A stretch of 64,000 bases of DNA from Eledone cirrhosa (Eukaryota). Under the pieces are notes generated by a model that was given only the letters and a program-made list of their open reading frames with translations, did no database searches and had not been told where the DNA came from. The stretch is from contig OZ024743.1 in NCBI GenBank assembly GCA_964016885.1, positions 238,204,001 to 238,268,000 of the forward strand, written 5' to 3'. A program made the position numbers and the translations under genes. This document shows positions 34,101 through 64,000 of the stretch, piece by piece (position 1 is the stretch's first letter; every line of letters starts with the position of its first letter).

Positions 34101-36709
34101 ATCTTGTGGGAATTTTTATCCGTAACATGATAGATAGAAAAATGCAGGAGATTACCGGAGGTTTATATAGAGACGATATTCTATTTATTGTAGAAAAACA
34201 TAATAATAGCGAATTAAATAGAGTAAAGAAAGTAATTATAGAATTTTTTAAAAATTATGACCTGAAAATGGAAGTAGAAAATAATAATAAAATAGTTAAT
34301 TTTTTAGAGGTGACTCTTACTTTTAAATCAGGCCTTTATTATCCCTTGCACAAACTCAATGATAATTTACATTATGTTAGTTTTTATTCTAATCATCCTA
34401 AAAGTGTTAAGAATGCAATAGTCAACAGTGTACAACAACGAATATCCAGGATATCTGCTAATAGATCCATATTTAATAGTAAGGCTGTATATTATAATGA
34501 AGCGTTACATAAAGCTGGATATAACAATAATATTGAGTTTATAGGAAACTAGTGTAAATAATATTAATTATAATCACACTAATCATAATAAAAATGAATA
34601 TAAAAACAACTACTTGAGGAATAAATCGGGGAAAAAAATAAGAAGTAGATCTATAATTTGGTATGCTCTGCAAGTATCTTTAGCTATTAAAACACCGGTA
34701 GCACACTACACTTATTTTTTAAAGCTTTGGATAAATGCTTCCCTAGGTCACATAAATATTATTCTATTTTCAATAGACACACAGTTAAACTTTCTTATTC
34801 AACAACTATAAATATTGCTTAAAATATAGCAAAAAAAAAAAAATTTTAAATCTTAATTTGAACCAACATATAATTAGCAATAATAACAATAATAATAACA
34901 ATACATTATTTAACGGGAATAAAAATAATAGTTTAAATACTAATAATAGTAGAACACCTGTAAATAATAATGTGAATAGTTTAAGGTTTGGAAATAACAT
35001 TGAGAAGAAATGTAATTGTAGAAGGAAGTCCGAATGTCCTTTACAAAATAATTGCCTTAACAAGAATCTAGTATATAAATGTACCATTAAGACAAATAAT
35101 AATATATATAACTATATTGGTGCCACTTCATCTAAATTTAAGGAACGTTGGATAATCATAGACAGTCTTTTATTAAACCAGATAAGAAATGTTCAACTTC
35201 ACTTTCGCAATTAATATGGTCTTTCAAGAACAATAATATTAAATACTCCATCTGTTGGACCAAATTAAAGAAAGCCAAATCCTATCAGAACGCAACTATT
35301 TCACAAAATTGCAATCTTTGTAATTTCGAGACACTACAGATAATTACAAATTATGACAATTTAATCAACAAAAAAAAAACGAATTATTCAGTAGTTGTCA
35401 CCATAAAATTGATAAAATTTTCCAGGCATTCTACAAGTTTCGAAAAATTATTGACAATTAATAATTTAATATATATATGTTTTTGCCTTATTGTGGTAAT
35501 AATTTATTGATATGTATATTAGAATTATTGATATGTATTAGAATTATTTAATTAAGAGTCTCGTTATCCTATGTTTTGATTAGGACAGTTCAATATTTAA
35601 CTAGACATCTTTTATGATATTTGCAATAGATGGTTTATGGTTTTCGAAATATCGCGGAATGAGTGAGTAGAGATATGTTATAAATGTGTGTATATAATGA
35701 ATGAGTTATCTTCCTTTTGTCTAGCTTGCTGAATTATATTAGTTTTGAAATATGTAGACTAATAATATACAGACTATCATTAAAATGAAACTATATATCA
35801 AAATAAGTAAACACAGAAGTAAATATAACCTTTCAGTAAATTAATGAAACTAACTTTTGTGATTAAATGTAACTGCAGTTTAATCCTAGAAATTAAATGA
35901 AAATTAAAGAATACTAAACATTTTATAAAGAGAATATTATAATTAAATAATGTGAGTATTATATGATGTAAACATTTTATTTGTATTGATGGGGATTTAT
36001 GTATGGTATTAGATTTTAATACATATGTAATAATTATTTAAATACGCTTTAATGATTAATTCGTTTAAAGTTGTAACAAATTATTTATAGAATATCTTAC
36101 CTTAAAATTAAAAATAATAATCTATAATGAGTTAAATTAAATTATATAAATTTTTAATTAAACTATATATGTGATTGCTATGGAAAATAATCTATACTGA
36201 TTAATTTTGATATAATATATAAGTATAATTTGCTAATGCATAATCAAATACTAAAGATATTCAATTGTTTAGTTGAATTGATTGGATGCCTTATTTGATC
36301 TAGCATTTGAAAACAACGATTTTTTCTCTATCCCTCTCTATTTGATGTTTCCTTTATTTTCTTTATTTTATTTACCCCCCTCTGTTCCCCTTATTTTCCT
36401 TACACCTTCCCTCTTTTGTCTTTATTCCTCTTTTCTTTTTTATATATTTCTTTTACTCATTCATCCATTTATTTTTTATTCATTTATCTATTTATGTAGG
36501 TATTTATGTATGTATTTATTTATTTTTCTTGCCTTTCCTCTTATTTACACCCTCTCTCATATCTCTAATTTGCTCTACGTCTTTTTCTTCTTTAAGTTTA
36601 TCATATTATTTGTGGTATATAAACATTGAGATTTGACGAAATAAATCACTGCCAATACTGGAATTGTATAATCAAGACCGTAGCGTTATGTTATATATCA
36701 AATCATATA

Positions 36710-36771
36710 TTTTATCTGATGAAGACGTACTGAAAAAACAACACAGTACCTTTGAAATATATATAATAAAA
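36710..36771 (+). ncRNA. Type I hammerhead ribozyme in PLE pLTR
   Basis: TTTTAT CTGATGA AGAcGTACTG...CAGTACcTTT GAAA TATATA TA ATAAAA. Confidence 0.82.
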
Positions 36772-36842
36772 GCATATATTTTGATTATGTGAATATCCTT
36801 CATTTGTTAATATTTTGAATAATTTATATATAAATATATATG

Positions 36843-36902
36843 GAAGTGGTTACACAACAGTTAGTTCACCATATGGTGAACTAACTGTTGTGTAACCACT
36901 TC
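36843..36902. repeat. Perfect 60-bp palindrome with a tail to about 36968, in (TA)n
   Basis: gaagtggttacacaacagttagttcaccat|atggtgaactaactgttgtgtaaccacttc. Confidence 0.92.
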
Positions 36903-36965
36903 TACCTAACTCGTCCCATGGACTGAGTGCTCTTCCACTACGGATATTACCTTCCAGTGTTCAAC

Positions 36966-37049
<84 letters not shown>

Positions 37050-37117
37050 CGTTTCTGAATTTGTTTAGCAAGATTCTTTATCTGAAAATACATATATATA
37101 TATATATGTATATTTCT

Positions 37118-37792
37118 TTAAGTCGGTTGGAAGCCTCGACAATGTAAATGGGTAAATCTCCGGCTAACAAGATCCGGTGGTGGAGAGAGAGATGTAAGTG
37201 GTTGTACGTTGAGATGCGTGGCGTGAATAAGACGTGTAGGGGAATGAAGGAAAGAGCATAAAGGATAAAATAAAAATAACAACACGAGAAAGAGTTACCT
37301 TGGGAGAGATTTAATTGTCCCTATATATTTCGGATTCACATCCATCAACTGGGATTTTTCCGGCGTGGGGTAAAAGTTGTCTGTCGGAAAGGTGCGAAAC
37401 GCGTCCTCCGCTGTTCGTTGTTTTGAATATCATAAACAACGAACAGCGGAGGACGCGTTTCGCACCTTTCCGACAGACAACCTTTCCCCCACCGCGGAAA
37501 AAACCCCAGTTGATGGATGTGAATCCGAAATATATAGGGACAATTAAATCTCTCCCAAGGTAACTCTCTCTCGTGTTGTTATTTTAATTTTATCCTTTAT
37601 GCTCTTTCCTTCATTCCTCTACACGTCTTATACACGCCACGCATCTCAACGTACTCCCACTTACATCTCTCTCTCCACCACCGGTTCTTGTTACCCGGAG
37701 ATTTACCCATTTGCATTGTCGAGGCTTCCAAACGACTTAAATAAATTTACCTTATTATTCCACAATGCTTCAAGCAAACTTTAATGCTCTCT
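37118..37792. mobile_element. Fold-back element: arms 37118-37423 and 37434-37740, tail to about 37792; single copy of the same family at 40168-40490
   Basis: About 305-bp inverted repeat; HHR-like fold with CAGTTGA core. Confidence 0.88.
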
Positions 37793-37821
37793 TATATATA
37801 TGTATATATATATAGAGAGAG

Positions 37822-38135
37822 AGAAAAAAAAGATGAAATCGAAAATGCAACTGAAGTCTTATTTTTTTTAAAAATATATATATTTATTTGGTTCCTTTAC
37901 CGGTTTCGCAGTTCTTCTCAGATGTGATAAAAATCACAGACCCTCCATCTCAACTCTACTTTTGAAAAGTAGAAGAACTGCGAAACCGGTAAAGGAACCA
38001 AATAAATATATATATTTTTTTTTAAATAAGATTCCAGTTGCATTTTCGATTTCATCTTTTTTTCTTTATACTTTCACTCGTGTAGGACACCTCGGTTATT
38101 TTTCATTTTGTAAAAAAAACACCTCACTTTCTAAT
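37822..38135. mobile_element. Fold-back element: arms 37822-37918 and 37971-38065, tail to about 38135; HHR 3' half GAAACCGGTA
   Basis: About 95-bp inverted repeat between microsatellites. Confidence 0.82.
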
Positions 38136-38137
38136 AA

Positions 38138-38180
<43 letters not shown>

Positions 38181-38249
38181 TACATACATATATATATGTA
38201 TTACATATATATATATATATTACATATGTATATATATATATATATATAT

Positions 38250-38457
38250 GAAAAAGTATGACTCCGACGGCAGAGCTCAAGCCGTTTCGACGGCTATTTC
38301 TGGACTAAATTCTTAATCTAGTCCTCAAATAGCCGTCGAAACGGCTTGATCTCTGCCGTCGGGGACATACTTTTTCCTATTACTCACTCTACTACCCTAA
38401 GTATTGAGTACTCTGGTGCGTTATGGTCCATCTGGTTCCTTACCACAGCTCCTTCGT

Positions 38458-38460
<3 letters not shown>
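38250..38460 (+). mobile_element. Family F1 fold-back element (diverged subfamily)
   Basis: tagccgtcgaaacggcttga...ccttcgttata. Confidence 0.85.
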
Positions 38461-38488
<28 letters not shown>

Positions 38489-38501
38489 GTATATATATAT
38501 A

Positions 38502-38537
<36 letters not shown>

Positions 38538-38552
38538 ACACATTATATATTT

Positions 38553-38811
38553 ATAATACAAGGACGAATGGTTACTCCTTCATTACGTTTATTGGTTGGT
38601 GACGCGCGTTTCGCTACTGATCAGCTCAAGGTTCGATCTGACCCAACTCCGGAACCAAAAGCTCGTCATTACTACTACAGAGGTCCGACAAGCTTTTGAT
38701 TCCAGAGTCGGGCCAGATCGATACAGATCAAACCTTGAGCTGATTAGTAGCGATATGCGCGTCACCAACCAATAAACGTGATGAAGGAGTAACCATTCGT
38801 CCTTGTATTAT
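38553..38811. mobile_element. Fold-back element: arms 38553-38667 and 38687-38811; degenerate HHR with extended stem II, related to 12314-12620
   Basis: Inferred two-arm consensus GGT CTGACGA GCT...AGC GAAAC GCGC GTC ACC. Confidence 0.82.
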
Positions 38812-38829
38812 CATATTACACTTATCAAA

Positions 38830-39022
38830 AGGCGATGGATTGGCAGTATCGGTAGAGGGTCGGACACCATGCTTTGCAGCAAAGAGTTAGGCCCTTTATG
38901 GTCTGAGTTCAAATCCCGCCGAGATTAACTTTGCCTTTCATCCTTACGTGGTCGATAAAATAAAGTACCAGTAATACACTGGGAAAATTGCTGGCCTTGT
39001 GCCAAAAGTAGAAACAGTTATT
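38830..39022 (+). mobile_element. SINE family 1
   Basis: A/B boxes, core and gctggccttgtgccaaaagtagaaac tail. Confidence 0.87.
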
Positions 39023-39126
39023 ATTTTACACTCTGTCTAGCTCTACACCTCGATACTGGCATGAACCTAAACATCGAATGCTCACCTGGGTGAAGCTACA
39101 GTAACTTCGCGTTACACTCCCTGGAT

Positions 39127-39160
<34 letters not shown>

Positions 39161-39732
39161 GCATGTCTAAATAATACATGCATATATATTTTTTTTATAT
39201 CCAATTGAGTTCTTCACGCATGGTTAAAATTCTTCACAGAATTAATTGACCTGCGTGCATATTATTTTATCCTTTTATGTTTTGCGATGACCTCCCCTTC
39301 CCGCTTGGTGACGGTGTGAGATTTCTCTTTGTGAGACTGCTTGAATTTCAAATTTGGCGGTCACTCTAACACTGACGGGTACCATCGCTGAATATTAATA
39401 TCGGTAGGGTTTTTTTTATATCGATATTGTCGGGCATCCACTGATGATTTATAAGTGCCCACCTGCATATATTCCTATAAACTATGTGTAGGCTTCTACA
39501 TAACCTGGACATTATTTTCCCAATTTGTAGAAAACTTATAATGAAACGATCGTTTGGAAAGAGAGATGTATTTAATTATGTCTCATAAAATAATACAACT
39601 GGCTATCCGCAAAATACATAAAGTTAGCACCCCAAACATATAATTGGGATTATACTAAGGTATATCCTAATGATTGTTGAGTGAGACGGAAGTCGGTCGG
39701 AGTGTTGCTTAAAGCTTTCTCTGTTAATGTAT

Positions 39733-39769
<37 letters not shown>

Positions 39770-40167
39770 ATGTATAGTATATTTGGCAATATACTATATG
39801 TTTAAATAAAAACATTTAGAAGACCATTCGCTATCTGTTTTAAAGTAGTGACTATGTCACTTAATTATTTTCGGCAAAGGTAGGGAGAGAGGCTGACAAT
39901 CTGTTTCTCGCTGTACGTGGTATTTCTAAATTTTTTATCTAAACTGTTTGGCGTTTATCAAAACCACGTACTTCCCTGCATTTGCCGAACATTATAGAAG
40001 CTGGATTCTTATAGAATTCAAGTAATAATCAGGAGCTGATTACACAGAGAGATTGACGGTCCAGCAAAAATTAGGTATTAATATTGGTGCTCTGAAATAG
40101 CGATGTATACATGAATGTATGTATAATGTATTTGGCAATATACCGTATGTTTTATTAATAAAAAATA

Positions 40168-40490
40168 TATATAAATATATAAGAGAGTATTGAAGTTTGC
40201 TTGAAGCATTGTGGAATAATAAGATTTATTTTCTTTTGGTCGTTTTGGAAGCCTCAACAATGCAGATGGGTAATTCTCTGGGTAAGAAGATCCGGTGGTG
40301 AAGAGAGAGATGTAAGTGAATGTAGAAGGAGATGTATAGTGTGTAGAAGAACGTAGGAAAGAGTGTAAAAAATAAAAATAATAACACGAGATAGAGTTAC
40401 CTTGGGAGATATTTAATTGTCCCTATATTTCGGATTCACATCCATCAACTGGGGGTTTTCCGGGGGGGGGGGGGGATTAGCTGTCGGAGA
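40168..40490 (-). mobile_element. Single-arm copy of the 37118-37792 family, with tail
   Basis: Shares sequence from gaagcctcaacaatg to ccatcaactggg, plus the tail. Confidence 0.82.
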
Positions 40491-40736
40491 GGAGCATTTG
40501 GCAGTAAGTGATACTTATTCAAAAACCTTGACTTGGACTATAGAATGTGTTTTCTCTTTCTGATGGAGTGCAATATTTTATTACATAATGCATATGATTG
40601 AGCATGTAATTTTCAGTCAGTGGATGTAGACGGTATTTTACAGAAACATATGTTAAGGAATGAACTCTTAATACATTTCTCCTTCTGACCATTTCTTCCT
40701 GCCTAGTTAGTTATTCCTGCTTTTCTGGTACCATAC

Positions 40737-40814
<78 letters not shown>

Positions 40815-40821
<7 letters not shown>

Positions 40822-40995
40822 GGTAAACAGAAATAACAATACAATCGGTACAGTATATGGAAGGAATATATTAGGCTAACGGTTGAAATGGCAGGAAGAG
40901 GGTTCTAACGTTTCGGACGCTAGTCCTTCATCGGAAGAAAGAATGAGAAATAAGATAAATTGAGGGGACGGGCGGGTTGGAATTGGAAAAAAATG
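40815..40995 (-). mobile_element. Neptune pLTR fragment with minimal HHR at 40903-40937 (CCGATGA variant)
   Basis: Minus strand: CCGATGA AGGACTAGCGTCC GAAACGTTA; related fragments at 19103-19160 and 54490-54620. Confidence 0.78.
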
Positions 40996-41133
40996 TCTTT
41001 AGATGAAAATAACAGGTCCATTCATGTTGACATCTCTTACACACAGACATATATATACATACACACAAACATTGAACACACATACACATACATGCGCGCA
41101 CGCACACATATACACACACACACATATATAAAT

Positions 41134-61111
<19,978 letters not shown>

Positions 61112-61300
61112 CTTAGTAGTGTAGCTGGTCTAGTAGAAATTAGAAATTGTACAATGTTTTATATCTATTAGAAATTAATGTAACCTTGAACTTATTTAGA
61201 GACTATCTTCTTGCTAGTTTAGAAGATATGACACTAAGATTCTCTCTCAGAATCTAATGCATTTTGCATTACATGTTATGTAAACACATACATACATACA

Positions 61301-61431
<131 letters not shown>

Positions 61432-61461
61432 ATATGTGTATGTGTTAGTGTGTGTGTATAT

Positions 61462-61534
<73 letters not shown>

Positions 61535-61789
61535 TATATATATATGTGTGTTTCTGCATATATTCATTAGACCTAATTGAATTCTTAGACTATGTTATAT
61601 CTCGATTATGGATGTGATGACAACTGGCGGCTGATAAAGAATATATTAATCAGACGGTTATCATGGATTCAAAATAATGCATTAACGTAGTCTATTATGT
61701 GTTTCTATTATAACTAGCAATAAACTATTGTCGTGTCTATGTTGTTATTGTTTTTGTTGTGTGTGTGAGAAACATCAACAACACACCAA

Positions 61790-63230
61790 AAATGGCTTAT
61801 GAGGTTTTGGAGAAGAAAGGAGGCATAGGTGTCATATAGTCGTTAAATACTATAACCTCTTCCAAAATACTCTTTTGAAAATATACTAAAAAATACAAAT
61901 CGTCTAAAAACCTTTTTCCCGACAAAACGAAGGACGTAAATGAAGCAGTTAAAGACACATATAACAACATTATTGATGAGGACAAGGAAATTGCTAGAAA
62001 CTATAAGGTTGACACTAGTAAAGAACGCTTAACTAAACATTACAACTTCTTCACATTGAAAGACCAAAAACCTGACCTTACAAACAGGCGTAGCACTATA
62101 TTGATAAGGACAGTTAGGAAAGAATTAGAGAAACAGTACTAGCCTCTTATAGTAGGACAACACAACATCTGTCATATACTGGTTCATAGACATTTCCTCG
62201 AAGAATAGGGCCAGGTTCTCGCAGTACGATATAATAGTTTTTACCTCTCTATCTATAGGCCCATTATAGACAAAATTTAAGACTCCCTCGTACTTTTGAG
62301 TACACCAGGGACCAGTTTTCCAGGCCCGAAGATTATATGGGTTAAATTCAACCTAGAAGATTCATTAGACGTCTCGCTGATATCTGCGAACCGATTGGAT
62401 TATGTATCCTTCATACACGTAAATGTAAATTCTCCACCAATTCGATGGCCTTTGCTTATCACATAATTGCAATGGCCACCCTCTAGACAGGTTCTGTAAG
62501 GATTTAATAGAAGCCTTTGGCACACCAGGACTTAATATGACAATAGACATGAAACTTAATAACGTTAATTTCCTTGATGTGAACTTAGACTTAGCCCCAG
62601 GTTATTAAAAACTAAACCCTAAATCTAAAGAAAAACTGAAATATATTAAAAGTGGTTCCTGCCACCCCCGTAGGTTTTAAAAATCTAGTCTCTAATATTT
62701 TGATATAAGTCATAAGATTTCCAACCTTTCATCCACTAAGGAGATAAAAAGTTCTTGGGCCTGATATATAAGCATTTTCCCTCACAACATAGGTACAGTA
62801 AACGTTTCAGTCGGCGTTCGGTGAAGATAAGCTATTCCTGCAGCTCCTTTATGAGATAAAAAATAGCTGCAAACAACAAGCTTGATGAACATCCAGGATG
62901 CACTTACAGAATAAAGGAAGACTTTCCCCTGCAACAGAGTTGTAATGTTAAATCTATTGTATATGAGATTACATTTATCACTGCCGATTATGCAGAGAAC
63001 AGTGAAAGATATGTAGGTATGATACAAGATCGTTTTAAACAATGATCCTAGTGACATCGATCTTCCTTTAGGAATCTTAAACTGAAGACCAATACGGCTC
63101 TGGCGAAGAGTTTAAAAGTAAAAACATAAGATACAATTGAGAATCCGAAAGAGGTCCAGGTAATACATGAAAGGAACAAAAAGATATTCCGTCTTTCTTA
63201 GTGAAAAATGCAGAATTTTATAAGGTTTGA
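61790..63230 (+). mobile_element. Highly degenerate Hydra-type PLE
   Basis: Fragments PDKT, FTLKDQK, QYDIISFY, NVNFLDVNLDL, SIVYE, YVG across frames. Confidence 0.65.
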
Positions 63231-63920
63231 GTTGATTGACAAAATACCTGAACTCTGGATATGCGCTGTTTAAAGGCTGCGTACACCTCAAGAGCCATCT
63301 ACTTTTATTATGAAAGAGCCAATCAGAATGTATCCAGTCAACTGATGTACTCCATCCACCATAATTCCAAGAAGTTAACCTTTTTCTATATGCCTGTAAC
63401 TATCTTCCATAGAGGTGGGGCGGGTGTTGCAGCGGGTGTCACTGGCTATTTTCCAGAGCCCAATCATCATTCCCCTTCCCCCTTACCATTTTTTCTTTCA
63501 TATTCTCTTTTTTCTCAATATTAAACTGTATTTACATGATACATTCCACAATAATTATTAGTCCATCCTCGCATTAAATATATGAACACTAATTTAATTA
63601 TTATTTTATTCCTTTAGACTTTTACTAACTTTAGACAGTAAAGTGCGGCCATGAAAGGATTTAGTACATTGTATTGACCCCAGAAATCATTTTTTTAAAG
63701 TCTGTTATACACTACATCGATCTCTTTTTGTTGATCCACTAGATTACGGGACATAAACACCCACACACGCACCTTTCCTTACACACACACACCGTTTCAA
63801 CAGCTAGTTCCAGACTAAGCAATCGGGTCCCGATCTTTTATAGAATAACTATACACTACTACCCAAAGTATCGAGTACTCTGTTGAGTAATGGTTCAAAT
63901 AGTATCAAACTGAATCAATC

Positions 63921-63964
<44 letters not shown>

Positions 63965-63967
<3 letters not shown>

Positions 63968-64000
63968 CGAAGGAAATGTGGTAAGGAACCAGGTGGACCA
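63965..64000 (-). mobile_element. Family F1 element tail, truncated by the window end
   Basis: taacgaaggaaatgtggtaaggaaccaggtggacca, identical to the start of 10634-10821. Confidence 0.85.

Larger units (their letters stand above)
30990..36823. mobile_element. Hydra-type PLE inverted insertion: arms of about 2.45 kb (31084-33538 on -, 34401-36823 on +), RT spacer 33581-34400 on +, tail 30990-31083
   Basis: Arms are reverse complements; motifs HMDITSYY, GLYRDDILF, VNFLEV, CNCRRKSECPLQNNC, YIGAT; HHR in both pLTRs; (TA)n flanks. Confidence 0.93.

Noticed and set aside
40668-40698. Possible extra terminal exon of gene B (KKWSEGEMY*) using a donor at 41138
   Set aside because: No polypyrimidine tract at the acceptor and an in-frame stop already exists at 41134; needs RNA-seq.
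61620-61700. CTGATAA...ATTCAAAA HHR-like remnant upstream of the degenerate PLE
   Set aside because: Two core mutations and uncertain stems; cannot be supported.

Overview
Eukaryotic, AT- and microsatellite-rich animal genomic DNA. The SINE repertoire and (TA)n/(CA)n load suggest a cephalopod such as Octopus; this is an inference. The window holds two intron-rich SLC22 (Orct-like organic ion transporter, MFS) paralogues arranged tail-to-tail. Gene A is on the + strand with its last 6 coding exons at 3246-19441 and its 5' exons upstream of the window. Gene B is on the - strand with 9 coding exons at 61111-41134, giving about 563 aa. Introns and the intergenic region are filled with transposon debris: Penelope-like elements (PLEs) of Neptune type and Hydra type (RT + GIY-YIG), Tx1/L1-like LINEs, R4/Dong-like and CRE-like fragments, three tRNA-derived SINE families, two non-autonomous Helitrons and MITEs. 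The most striking feature is a dense population (about 15-20) of fold-back, head-to-head inverted elements sitting in (TA)n tracts. Most have the architecture arm-loop-arm plus a one-sided 3' tail, and most carry a type I hammerhead ribozyme (HHR) or part of one, several with non-canonical cores. One short hairpin is clearly homologous to the pLTR of a 5.8-kb inverted Hydra-type PLE in the same window, which links the hairpins to PLE integration. All coordinates and folds were read by eye; no alignments or searches were run.
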